64,000 bases of DNA. Origin: Tubiluchus corallicola. Lineage: Eukaryota; Animalia; Priapulida. The stretch lies in the NCBI GenBank assembly GCA_030141605.1, contig JAQGDQ010000241.1:186001-250000 (forward strand), written 5' to 3'. The notes beneath the pieces are model-generated. The model searched no databases. It was not told the DNA's origin and saw only the letters and a list, made by a program, of their open reading frames with translations. This document shows positions 25,124-45,200 of the stretch, in pieces. Positions within the stretch are counted from its first letter, which is position 1. Each line of letters opens with the position of its first letter. The position numbers were made by a program, and so were the translations under genes.

Positions 25124-26609
25124 TTATAACGTCATTAATAATGTAATGATTGTTATGAAGTTTTTATACTTTTCCATATTATTTTTATTTAAAATTTATT
25201 TCATACGTTATTTATTTCTCAGTTTTTTAAATCATTGTACAGCGAGCCTTTTACAGCCTGGGTAATTAGCTGTATTGGTCTTTATTACATTTTGTAGAAG
25301 ATTCAATTAGACCGTAGTCTCGTAAATAAACGGAATTTATAATTTTCTAATCTCCAGTACACGTTTCTTTAGTACATTAATTGATTCAGGCGGAATTGAC
25401 TAATATTAGAAATATATTGTCAATAACGTTCATGAGATTACGTTGATACTTTCGTACGTTCAAACGTTTAAAATATTTACGTTTCCTTTGTAGGTAGCTA
25501 AAGACCAACCGATTTCAAATAGTTTTTTCAATAAATTAAGAGTTCCGGAGTATATTTTTGAACATTTTAGATTTATTGGTATTATGTTCACTAATTCGCT
25601 TTTCGCGAATTTTCTGGTACAAAAAAATATAAAATGCTCACTAATAACAATATCAAAAACAAAATTTCTTACTTTACAATAGTCAGAAACCAGTATTAAA
25701 TTGCCCTAGAAATTGAAGCAGTTCTTGTGGGTTTTAATATAATTTGTTTAAATCCAAATACTTGGCAAAAATGATTCGATTCACTAGACAAAGTGTTATT
25801 CCCCTTTGTGTTTTCATTTAAGCCAAAGTCACATATTTGGTTTGAAATCTTAAATGGAGAACATAAAATTATCATTATTCTAAAATATCCAAAAAAGACA
25901 TGCTGGTACAGCACGAGCCTTTCAGCTTTACTGATCACTGCTAGGTATGTCAAAATAGCGCCATTAGTTTTATTACTTTTTTATTTATAAATTATACACC
26001 TTATTCTTAGGACATTTTTAATTACATTTTTCGTGTATTGACTTGAGTTGTGTGACTTGTGTCATTGGCGCAGAAGGCAGCTGAAAATTACTAGATGTGA
26101 TGCGATTTGGGTGTAATCGCTTTTATGCGTCGTGCCGACAGTAACTGAAAACACAGGTGAATTGGATGACCGAGAACGGCGAGAACAGTGACGAGGTGGG
26201 AATGTGATTGAGTGTTGGAACTGTGTTCAATTTGAGTGCTGAATGTAAACTGAAGTTTAGGCTGAACATAGTGTAAGATCTGAAGAGATTTACATGCGAC
26301 TTTTTAGCTTTCATAGTACTTGCTACTCATTGAGATAAAATAGCACTACGTACACACTACTCAGTAGTACTACTAGTACTAGTACAAAAAAATAAACTAC
26401 TAGTATTAGTAGTAGTACTGGCTTGTTTGATTTTAGACTGAGAGCTAAGACTTCAAGGCTTCTTTTGCATGACTTTTTGTATAGAAAAGGTTTAATTTAA
26501 TTTTTTTTTTGATCTGTAACAATCAGTTGTGCATTTTTTGCATATTAATTATCTCTTTTTATTTATACTAAATTATAGCATCTAATGATCAAGTATATCT
26601 AATAAAAAT

Positions 26610-29600
26610 ATGGGTGGTACAGCATCCCGTCGAGTCACTGTAGAAATGGAAAACGAGGACGGCAGTGGAGTTGTAAAGGTATAAAATTTGTCACTAGAGA
26701 TTCTTTTTTTATTTGTTTGTTTTTTGCATTCACTTATCTTACAGCTTATAAGCTATAGTGTGGGTAGGGGTTAAGCATGACATATCAAGGTTATCTAGTT
26801 TCAACCAAGCTGTCTATTGTGAATGACCGAAAATCATAAAAAATGCATTTAATTTGCAATTAGATTAATAACCTGTAAAACCGCTATTACTGTAGTAGAC
26901 ATGGCTTCTATCATTCTGTTATCTATTCTAAAAATGGGTTTAACCTAATAGTGAACGGTTGCTCTAGTTTTGCTATATTCTGTACTACTAGTTGGCTGTT
27001 ACAAGATATTATATTCCGACAGCTTTTTACCTATATTTCTGTGGCAACTTCTACATCGATAAATGTTTAATGTATCGACACGACATAAGCTTTATGGCCT
27101 GTGTTTCTCTTGGACTGAGAAACTAATCCCGAGTTAAACTACTGAGACTCACTGCATCACCTAGGCATCATTCTTCTCTGATTATGAATCTTAACACCCC
27201 ATACTTCCCTGATCCATCATTTCTGTTAGAAACTCATTTCTGAAGGGGAGGGGGGAGACACATATAGTGTAAAGACAATATTATTGGAATCGTTTTATGT
27301 TCGCTGATAGTAAAATGGCATGTTTTTGCTAGTGTGAATTTTTGCAAGTGTAGGCTTCAAACTGTAGTTGAAGGTTGTATCTGCCACAAATTGTATCAAA
27401 ACTAAACAATTATCTTATATGGAAAAACAATCTATATTAAATTAATTATGAGTCAGTTATAACTAATTACTGAGACTATAGCTCTTACTGATTATAATGA
27501 TTAGTGTTGCTCCGGATACACACTTTTGCCAGATAGCGAATAACTGATATCATCAAATATTTCTTCAGATTGGCTTCTGGATTCGGATTATAACCAGACA
27601 GGTTAACTAAATTTGAATTGAATATTTGGATCAGTTTGGTTAATGAAAAATGGTAACTTTTTGCAAACTTTTAGCTTACACTTATTAGGAGCTATTAAGC
27701 AAAATCTGAAAGGAAAGTAACTCAACGAGAAGCATTTTGCTATTACAGGTGGGTAAATTGTATAAATATATATCAACTTTGATGAAGCCGCATTTACTGT
27801 GAGATTACAAAATTACAGCACTACAAATACGTGAATTTATGTATTTGTAATTAACTCAGTGTTGCAATTTATTTTATGGGAAATCTTTGGATGTCACTTT
27901 GAATGAGTCATTTGTTGTGCGCCAGTGCACAAAGACACATTGTATTATTGCTCACAAACTGAAAAAAATGTGCGTAAAATTTTTGTCAAACACAAACGTG
28001 GTCTAAAACGATCTCTGAGTTTTTTTGGTAATATTTTATTTATTTTAAACTGTTGAATTATTTGAAAACTGCTTTTAATAGCATACTATGAAAATTGGAT
28101 AGCGAATATCGAATTTTTGTAACTACCAGATAACATCGGATACAAATAGCTACAAAATATCACGGATATTACAATTTTAGAAACACGAATCGGATATCCG
28201 GAGCAACACTAATTACTATCTTTGCCCATTCATCAGTAAACATCATTTGTCTAACTGATTTCTTATATCTTAACTAGATCTCAGAATCAATGGCAAGAAG
28301 ACTAGCTGGGCAATCTGGTAACATAGCAGCTACAAAAGAGGTGCCTAGTAAAGGTATGTGTTAAAGTTACTTTGCATGGAGCATTTCACTATTAATCAAG
28401 TCTGAGTTATGTTCATTTTTTTCTGTCATCGCTTATAAGCATATGGGTCTATAGATACTCTAAGGTAAGTCCATTGGTAATTACAATTCCATACATTAGC
28501 GTCTCAGTGGCAAAAAGGTGCTAACGTAGCTGCCTGGAAAAAGAGAAGTCCTGGATTCGAGGCATGGTGAAGATGCAAAACTTTTTCAGTCTTTCTAATT
28601 TAGTGTTGCTCTCATGCACTTATTAGACTAGCCATTCTTATCTTGAGGATGATGCTGCAAAGAAGTTCAGTCATTGCTCATCAGGTAAATTACTAATTTA
28701 TAATTTATGGAAAAGGAGCAGTTGCATGAATAAATGGGGACGTTTTTTAGTACTGTGTTTTGTTAAGTATTGTTTAGCATTTAGTGATTTTTGTAAAATT
28801 CATGCTAAAAGATTCCGTTGAGTTTGCTGCTGGAATGATGTAACAACCAGGGATGTTATTCGTTTTGGTTTGCCGATAATTGCACTGTTGATTAAGTTTT
28901 CGTAGCCGAAAATTTCGGTAATTTTCGGTAGCATTTATCAAGAGATTTTAGTAGTATTTATCCAGCTTGCCTTTTTTCTCCTGGATGTTAAATATGGCTA
29001 AACTTTGGCTAAAATACTGCAAATGAAATGTAACTATAGTTTATTTTACTTTTTGTACCATTTGTAGCATGCTTTTTACTGCAATGCAGCATATCTTCAT
29101 TGATAATGAGTGTCAAACTTTAGAGTCACTAGGCACAATCAACCGAAATATCAAAGCGTAATTTGAGTAAAACCAAGTCTAATTTCGTAATTTATGAAAT
29201 ATAGGCAACAAAATATATACAAAATAAAATTTGTGAAGCACATGAACACGAGCGCATCTTTATCCATAAACATTATTCTGCTTTTTTGGTTAAGATTTTT
29301 TGCCTATCTACTTTGTCAGGCTTGTATCAGAGCAAATAAAAGCAAATAAACAAAAACAAAGTATTATGTTTTATTTCTGAATTTTTTGTTCAGTTTTGAT
29401 AGTAGTTGGTTTTGCAAAAGTGATTTTGGTCTGGTTTCATCTCGGTATCAGTTTCCTATGTTTCGGTTTGTAATTTTAGTTACAGTAACATTCCTGGTAA
29501 CAACACATTATCATGACTACGCATTATTACCATAATCTGTATTCTTGTTCTTTTAACATACCCTAAATCTTTTGGCAAATGACTTAGACAAAGCCTATTC

Positions 29601-32600
29601 CAACTGTTATAAATTATTGTAAATGGTCAGATTAGTAGCAATAATTAATTTGTGGTCTTTGAATCATGTATTTAATAGCTTATTCTGTTAACAGTTAAAA
29701 ATAGCTATCCGGGTTTCTAACTCATTTTGTGTGGAGAGAAGTAAGATATTTATTGCATAAGGTGTTAATTTATTGCCTCCTCCCCAAGTAAATAGATTGT
29801 ATAACTGGAATCTTTTTCTTCACTAAGTATCATGCAAATATTTAGCAAAGTTATTAAACATGACAGTCTTAGTCAAGAATACACAGTATCATGTAAGACA
29901 GTTAGGACTGTGTGCTGAATGTTATGGCTTTTCTCATTTTTTTTGACAATAATTTGCAATTATTTATTTTCTTGACTTAGAAACCATCGCTGCATCATCG
30001 CCTGCTGCAGCAGTGCCTCAAGTTCCACTGCCTCCTTATCCAAGTACATTTCCATCCGGAATTAGTCAGCAGGAGCACGCAGCCGAGATAAAGCGAATAG
30101 AGAACTACTATAAGAACAGACAATCAGACTTAGAGCAACGGGTAAGAGAGATCGCTATTGCATGGTTTCCCATTTTTTTGGTCTCTCTCACTGAATAACT
30201 ACCATTCTCTTATAATTAATTATGTCTTGTCTTTACTAGTTTATTTGAAATTCTGGCAACGTCAAAGATTTTTAAACTAGCAGCACTCTATTTAATTTTG
30301 TATCCACTTTGACATTTGATAGCTTGAATTTTTTCTGCTGACAGCTGAAATAATGACATATACTTTTCAAAAGTATCTATGACTGCAAGTAAAACATAAT
30401 TAAGTTTACTAGTTTACGTGAAATATTGGCAATGTTAATAAAAATTTTTATTAAACCTGCACTAGGTTATTTAAATTTGTATCCATTTTGACATTTGATA
30501 GCCTGAATTTTCTGCTGTTTGAGTATTTGTGCTAGTAATCCGACAGCTTTGTTTGTTCAAATCTGGAATGTATTAATGAATCTTCTATAACAGCTGAAAT
30601 AATGACATATAGTGTCTGTGACTGCAAGCAAAACACAAAATTCAATTGTTATCATGTTTAAATGCCTCACTGCTTTCAAGTAAATGTGATAAAATTTCCA
30701 AAAACAAAAAGACAAAATACTAAAATTTCCCTTTCAAAATATTTGTGTTAAATATGTAAAGACAAGAAATCTTTTTTTCTCAATGTGCAATTGGCAGTGC
30801 ATTGTTAATTTTTGTTTTTATTGTTCTCATGTTAAGGACATTAATAAGTGGTGTTGGTATAGACATGTTATATTTCTTTTGTCTGTGAGTTTTCACACTG
30901 GTTCACAATGTCAGCTATTAGCACTAATAAGCCTTTTTACAGTTTCATTGTGTACGTACAGTTGCTGTAGATCATAGGCTAAGTGAACCACAGCAGCACA
31001 TCTTAATTACAACTGTTATATGACATGTGGGTAAAGCAAAGTCGTCTGCTGCATCAGTTCAGTAAACTTCAGTTGCGATGCCATTCCTTGTTGTTCTTTG
31101 TGGACGTTACTTAATTATACATTAGTCTATGCGATGTAGAGTGATTTACAAGCAGGATCTTGCTTGGGAATAAGAAAAAACGAACTAGGTAAGGTTCTGG
31201 CTCGACAACAGCATGGGCTGCGAGGCATTGTCAAGTGTACACATCAGTTGTCTTACTTAACCTTTGATCTTTTCACAATCATCATAAATCAATGGAACTG
31301 TGAAAAGGCTTATTTAAGTTGTTGCAAAAGCCTTGGGTGCTTCAGAGAAAGCCATACTAAACTGTTTTCTTTTTTTACAGAATAAAGAATTGTATCAAAT
31401 AACAAAAGAACAATTTGAAATGGCACTGAAAGAGGTGGAGGACAAAATTGTTCATCAGACACCACCAACGGTATGCCAAGATGCACAGACTGGTGTAACT
31501 CGTTGCTATGAAAATAATCGTGGTCAAACTTTACTCTGTTCAAAAGAAGCTAGGCATTTCATAGAATGTGTTGAACACATGCGAGGGGTGAGTTAACAAG
31601 TATAACTTAGAGATTTGTTTGTTGTGCTAACTAGTAAAATATAACATACTATACTACGGATGTCAGGAATCTGAAATTACCGAATCCGAATCTCATTTTT
31701 TAATAATTTCTGAAGCCGTATCAAATCCGAATCTCAGTTTAAAATTATTTTCAAATCTGAATCTCAGTTTAAAATAATTTTCAAATCCAAATCTCAAGTT
31801 AAAATAACTTCCAAAACTGAATCGAAATCGAATCTCATTTTTTCAGATAGTTCTTTCAACCGAGTCTCATTAAAATCTACACAGTTTTCAACCAAATTAT
31901 GGCAGATTGATAAGGCAGCGAAGTCTTTCACGAAGATATGACCCATCTCAGCAGTGCATTTGATATTAATTCTGCAATAATAAAGACTAGATGATTTAAT
32001 TATTTTGTAACAGATTTCTTTTGCCGGCAACTAACAATATAAAATTATTTGTTAGTCAAAAAATTCCTTGGCGTGCCTTTATCCACACTGCATGAATCTT
32101 TGTAATGTACGTGACAAAAAAATCAAGCACGTTATTCATCTAAGCCACACCATGTGTTGTTAGCGAAACCATGTTCTGCCAAAGTAATGCAAGAAATCTC
32201 AGCACTTTTGTTGAAACTATATAGTGGTGCTTTCGCGTAGGACTTCATGAGTTGGACGCGCACTGAAACTGAATACGGCGACATTGGTGTATATCGCTTT
32301 TGAGGTTCCGATTCTGTCCGAGTTGCGTGATATCCCTACACTCTAGTCCTTTTTATTTACTCACGAATTTTATTTTGTAATTGTTGCCATTTGAAGCATT
32401 AAGCTTTAAAATCAGTACTGGTAAGTACTACAGGTCTTGGAAAATATATGGAATTTTTGAACTTCCCAGTGAGTGTTAAAAAATAAGTAACTTTATCATT
32501 GTTATTAAAGAACCTAGACTTTAGTGCATCACTTTTGTGTTCTCTGACTGACAGACTAATTTACTCACTCAGTCTCCATTATAGTTGTCAATATATATAT

Positions 32601-32668
32601 TTAGATTGCGTAAAGTAATTTCAAACTGTCATTTTCTTTAATAGGCAGTTGTGACAAAAAGTGCGTAA
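26610..32668 (+). CDS. CHCHD3: MICOS complex subunit Mic19/Mic25 (CHCHD3/CHCHD6 family), ~178 aa
   Basis: Exons 26610-26678, 28278-28353, 29981-30141, 31381-31587, 32645-32668, all phase-consistent. N-myristoylation start MGGTASRRVTVE, VVKISESMARRL, a coiled-coil stretch, and twin CX9C (CQDAQTGVTRC...CSKEARHFIEC). Confidence 0.9.
27502..28211. mobile_element. hAT-like MITE
   Basis: 17-bp perfect TIR tagtgttgctccggata / tatccggagcaacacta. The 8-bp flanks match only partly (ataatgat vs attactat). Confidence 0.8.
28495..28590 (+). mobile_element. tRNA-derived SINE head fragment
   Basis: tagcgtctcagtgg A-box-like and ggattcgagg B-box-like. Confidence 0.4.
28848..29496. mobile_element. hAT-family MITE
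   Basis: TIR cagggatgttat / gtaacattcctg, with perfect 8-bp TSD gtaacaac at 28840-28847 and 29497-29504. Confidence 0.85.
30232..30635. repeat. Diverged ~170-230 bp tandem duplication in a Mic19 intron
   Basis: Shared blocks tttactagttta, tgtatccaYtttgacatttgatagc, acagctgaaataatgacatata and tgactgcaagYaaaaca occur twice. The second copy has an extra internal segment. Confidence 0.8.
31655..32338. mobile_element. hAT-like MITE with an internal ~30-bp tandem array
   Basis: Degenerate TIR tacggatgtcag / cgtgatatcccta. Subterminal repeats of ccgaatctcagtttaaaataattttcaaat at ~31680-31840. Confidence 0.6.
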
Positions 32669-33405
32669 CATTGAAGATATTAGTAGAAATCTCCAAGATA
32701 TCCTTAGATCTCCAGTAAGTAGGTTCTGCATACTGATGGCTTTCAATTAATTGGTTAAGTAGAATAATTAGTGCTTGATTACCACATCACCAACTTTCTT
32801 GCTATGTAAGGCGAGTTATTATGTGATAGTATATCTACAGTGTTGTATCTTACTACCTTACGTTAAAAGTGGATTGGGCTTGAGTTATTAAAATTGTACT
32901 TTTTCGTCTGAAATAGTGCAATGCTTAACTTTTGTACTGTAATGTACTATTGCTTACAATGCTGTAGTCATTGTTAATTTATTCGTTAAGCTTATGAGAC
33001 TAATATTGTGCAAGATTTCGACGTGTAAGATTTTTAACCATTATACAAAAAATACAGTTTGTTAGAGTTGATGCTGGAATACTGGTCCGAATTAAATCAA
33101 CTGTAAATACCCGAGTTTTCGAGTAGTTGCTTCTTTAAATAGTAGTGCTGTTTGTTAAATATAGTACAATTTGTAATAGTTTTTGTCATCCGGCCATTTA
33201 CATGCTTCTGTTTATTATACTAGCTTAGTTGGTTTTAAACAGTCCTATAGGAATCATCTGTGATTTATTCATAAAGTTGCAGGTTTGTATGTTACGAAAA
33301 ATTTAAAAAGATTTCCAGCTTAACACTTTTGTTAGAATAATTTTTATATATGCGTGACATTACCTGTAATGTTAGTCACAAAAGATGCCATATAGTTAAT
33401 TTATC

Positions 33406-33542
33406 AATAAAATGGTTATGAAACTATCTTACTTTGAGTAACTTGTCGTATCTAAACAGTACCAACTGTAGTCTGTAACTGTGAACTACGCCACTTTCTT
33501 TTAAAACCTCCACAAAAGCCACATTATAAGCAAAATTTTATT
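33406..33542. terminator. Convergent polyadenylation signals for Mic19 (+) and SLC35E3 (-)
   Basis: AATAAA on + at 33406-33411. AATAAA on - at 33542-33537, followed by a GU/U-rich downstream stretch. Confidence 0.45.
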
Positions 33543-35255
33543 CGTAAAAATAACAAAAATTAACAACAATTTAACAATAATAACAATACAAAAGATATCC
33601 ATCATTTTCATTTGTAATGATCCTTCACAGATAACAATGTTAGTAGCAGATATAATACAAATTTTCTACAAATAAAATACGTAATAAAATTGGCCACTGC
33701 TGTTGCTCGCTGTATCAGTCTAAGAAATGAACATTTTAGTATCACAGAATTGTTGAAGATGGTGACCAAACACTTAAGCCAGAATTTAAGCCGTGTGGCA
33801 TTGGCAAAACAGTGGCAAAATTGGTACATCGATGAATATCAAGAATAATCTACTAAGATTAGACACTGAATTGGCAGAAAAATGTCTTAGCCACGTTTCC
33901 ATGCTTACACTTCTGTTCTTAATAAGAGAGATAGCTTCTCAGCAATCATCCATCCAGAACCAGCCTCAGTGTTGTTTAACTTTGCTAGATGATCACACAA
34001 TGTGACTAATCAGTAGCAAAATACTACTGATTTAAAGTCACTTTTACTTTATTTAAACTTCAACATAAAAGTGCTTGTTAGGTTTTAAAAAAAGAAATGG
34101 CAGTGTTTGAATGCCTCAACTAAAATTAGCTTTTTTACAGAACACGTTGAATTAAACTAACTGCAAATAATTGGTAACATGAAAAAAAACATGTGCAGGC
34201 GCATTTAGGAAGACTGAAATTCAACTGACCGTCTTACAGAAAGTTTACAGTGAAGCTGCAGTTTAGCCAACAGTTCTTTCTAACACTGCTACTACCACAG
34301 TTATATATTTACCTCGATTTTATTTTATATAAAAACTGCAAGGCTTCAAATCGTATATGACTATTAATTATCGTTAAAGCTGATTGTTTCCTGCTAGGGA
34401 AAGTATTCAACTTGGATAGAAAATTCACCATCAGTATATATGTAAACCATCGATGTACTATAAGTCACCTGCTGCTGCTCACTATATATCATTTTGTATA
34501 TGCTCCTTTCTTAGCAAACCCAATATACAAATGCTATACTACCCATAAGTTAAAAATACTTGACACAATTTATAGAAACTTCAAAAAATGTTTTTAAAGC
34601 TTTCTGGTTAAACTGGCCATGCAACTGAATTCTCAGCTTCCCAGGCAAATACTAAAAGATGCGTTGCATGTTTGAATAGGGAACTCAGTTTACAACTTCT
34701 CAGGCAAATACTAGATATCGGGCACCTAAAAGATGTGTGTCGCATGATACAACAGGGGGCAGAATTTCAGGGCTTGCTATAGGTGCCATTTTCCATAGAT
34801 ACGCAACTGTACTATCAACCAATTTTTTTAACGTTTTACTGTATATGTGCAAAACATAGATAGGTCATTTCGGTGGGTAAAATTCAACGCTTTTTGTGAA
34901 TTTTGTGCCTTACAAATACTAGTAAATTCTATCAATTTATAAGTGCATGATGTAAAATGAATTAAGTAAAATTTCAGAGCGAGAAGTGACTCGTTTCTTT
35001 ATTCAGCAGAACTTTTTGTGCATCGTATGTATTGCCAGACATTGTACAATGACAATAAATGATCAATTGACTGAATGAATAACACAAATGACTGTAATGA
35101 TAAATGAAAAGCTTTTTAAATATTCATAGTCTGGAAAAAGCTGACAGAGATTCTAAATGCATGAAGGCAAATGCATACAAGACCACACACATAGGACATT
35201 TAGCTTTTAGCACCAATATACTAAACCCCCATTCAATATAAGAAGCCTCAAATGA

Positions 35256-41906
<6,651 letters not shown>

Positions 41907-42279
41907 GTCGCCAGATATGCCACGAATGTGGCTTGTGATTGGCTGATTAACTTTCCAGGTCGTCAAGGAGGCTAAGTAGCCTATGAAGCTATTTTTTAAA
42001 ACAATTTGATACCTTTAAAAATTATATTATAGTGCTATATAATTTCAAATATTACTAATTGTAATCGCTTTTATTGGACGTTTTTACTTTTGTTTTGTTA
42101 TAGGTAGTATGCGTTTGACGGAAAACTTTACGTTTTATAATTTAGAATCGGTCGGTTGTGTCAGGCGAACACAGTACCTGATGTACAGCATGATCGTTTA
42201 CCTGCAGTCGTGTTTTTACATGGAGAGTTTCAAAAATGTGTAATTTTTTTTGTATATCCGTAGCGTGAAATTGATCACT
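41907..42279. promoter_or_regulatory. Bidirectional promoter region (SLC35E3 / ANK-discoidin-SAM gene)
   Basis: Divergent start codons only ~370 bp apart. ATTGG (CCAAT) at ~41938 and ~42074. Confidence 0.65.
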
Positions 42280-45200
42280 ATGACCAACCAAGTTGTGAAA
42301 GTGCCAGTGTATTCTAGTTCAGCTAACGACCAATATGATAAATTGTTTGAAGCAATTCGAAGTGGAGCTAATCAAGAAATTAAAGTAAACTTTCCTCTCT
42401 CAAATGCCTTTTTGAATATTTAATACTTATATTAGTTTATTATTGGAATATTACTAATTTGCTTTTCTACATCAATTTACATTACGTGACATTAAATACA
42501 CAAAAATACAAACAGAAGAAGGGTGGTGACAAACCAATGGTCACCCACCTTCTCAGAAGGCAATGATAAACAAATGACAGAGTATTTAAAACATCTTCGA
42601 AAAATGTAACTTATCATAAGTCTGAGCAGCGCAGCTACAGAATTAGTTCACTTTATGAAAAAGTCACTTCAGGTAAAATACTAAAGTTTGATATCGTAAT
42701 GGCAATGGTAAGTATAGTACTATTAGTATTAGAAGCAAAAATTTTGTTTATTGCCAAAATTTTACAAAAAGCAGCATTAGTCATTTGCTATTTTCCAACA
42801 GATGAAAAATAAAAAACAAAACAAAAAAAATTCTAAAACAATGTTTGCAATGTAATTAGGAATTCAGAACACATTTTACAGTAAACTACGGAGCTGCCAT
42901 CTGTGGGCAGCAACACATTTTACTGTAGATGATTGCAAGGTGTATAACAATTGATGAGTCTAAGGAAGTTTGAGAAGTTGTATTGACGAGGACCGCGATG
43001 CACAAACACACCTTTGAACCAGCCAATCATACATTATTATTGCTAAATCAGTAAAGATTTATACTGGGGTGACCACCGTAAAAAGCGATTTTCTCTGACA
43101 CCTAGGACAGTTGGGGTGGTGGTGGTAAGATGCACAAACTTGCAATGCATGAAACAGCAATGTCTATGGCACCCCAACAAGCTCAGTCCAGCATTTATAT
43201 GTTATTATTGTTTTCACTGCATCAGTTGTGGCAGTATGTATGTTGGACACACAAGAAGGCATCTAAAGAGGCTCAAATTTAATTTGATCAGTAAAGTGTA
43301 GAGTTATACCTAGAATTTGCTTTTCTAAAATCATAACTGTTCCCAATCGTAAATGCCCTTGTAATGTACCTTCCAAACTAATTTAATATGACTCTGCATG
43401 TTTCATCAATGCAGCTGAATATTAACATTACTGTTAACATTACAATTGAAAAAGGTTAAGCATAATAGCTTATAAACCTCTCCACTCTTTCTTGTTTACT
43501 TTTTGAGAGGAAACCATGTGGGACCACACCAGATCTTGGCAATAGAAATAGTCAGCTAAATTTTCCAATTGTGCAAAATAATTGTATTAACACATCATCT
43601 GCAGTAAGTGGGTCAGTCTTGGAACATGCTTCCACTAAGTATTCCATTAATATTCTTAATATGTTTAGAAAGGATAGACTTAGATTCCAAACAAATTGCC
43701 AAGGTGTTTTTCAACTGTCCCAAGATCTAACCTTTTTCATTTTTATTTCAGAAAATACTTCTTCCAGACACGATTCGTCAAGTTACGGTAGCAAGAAACA
43801 AGGAGTCAGTGTCCGTCTATGAGCAGTATTATATTCCTCAGTTCTATCGGCTACGGCATATAGATGTGAACATTCAGGAAGTTGAAACCGGTTATACACC
43901 ACTACTGCTAGCCACAAAACTTGGTAAACTGATAGCTTAAAGTAGTGTATTTAGCAAAAATGTCCTCACCTATAACGGTGGGGTGGGTTCTATAGTATTT
44001 AAGGTTTCTTATCCAGCTGCTATAAACTAAGCTTTCTGTTATATTATATTGGAGATAAACTTTGCCAAACAATGTCAGGACGGCCTCAGTTGGTGTAAAT
44101 AGCAGGCATGCAATGGCTTATTGTGAGGTGAAAAATTGCTTAGGAGTAGTGCTGTTCCGATTGATGTTTTTTCGAATGTCACGTGTGACTAAGCGCTTGA
44201 CCATAAATGAACATAATCGATGATCGCTTAATACAATATGTAAGATTTTGCACACTTTGACACCAGTTTCTGCCGTTTAATTACAGTTGATAGCAACAAA
44301 TGTCGTTACTAAAATATTTTTGAATATTGACTCATAGCAAGGTTCAATATGGAATATCTGTGCGGCGCTTTCCTCTTTGTGACATTCTTACTTGATCTCC
44401 TGCTGTAAGGCGCAGGAGTGAAACAACAGGCAGTTAACGTCCTAATATAATATTTTACCCTGACATAACTGTATGAAATATTGCGATCAATCATTAGTCA
44501 GTCACCAATCGTAATTGAAGGTCAATGATCGATCATAGAAATGAGACCAACTCCCAGCACTACTTAGGAGCTAAGCATGTGATAGATGCCGTGTGACCAG
44601 ATTCAATGTCGATCAGCTTTATGCACTTTTAAATATTTTTGGATCGGATTAGTAGACCTGTACGGAAGTAGACCTGTAGAATAACACTTTTGGCAATTTC
44701 TTGTAGATATGTAAAAAGCACTCAGATTGCATCTGTGCTTTAAGGTTATTTGAAGATGTGGAAATCAGTTTAAAATTAAATTAATTGTTTTTCTGCATAC
44801 TGAATTTTGGGCTGTAGGTTTCTAACTGTTCAAGTTGCAGAAGTTAGTCTGCTTGGAAGTGAAAAAACCTGGCATATACATTGTTTGTAATTTATTGTTA
44901 TTTTTTAATGTAATTTATTGCTTTATTCAGTTGTGACCTGAAAGCATTTATCTTCTTATTATAGAAGTAGTGTGTTTTTGTCACAGGTAATAAACAGCTG
45001 GTACATGCCCTGTTGGTCTGTTCATCATCTGTCAATTGCCGTGATGACAATGGGTAGGTAAACAGAAATTTCATTATGAGTGAAACTTTATTACTGTCAT
45101 GTACCTTACACCAGTCGCACATGGCAAAAATTTGTCTGCATCATTCTATCTGATGCAAGTTATTTTAAACAAAATTTCCCTGCAGATGGTAACTTCTGCA

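Noticed and set aside
31680-31840. CRISPR-like regular ~30-bp repeats
   Set aside because: Contiguous tandem units without unique spacers, inside a eukaryotic MITE.
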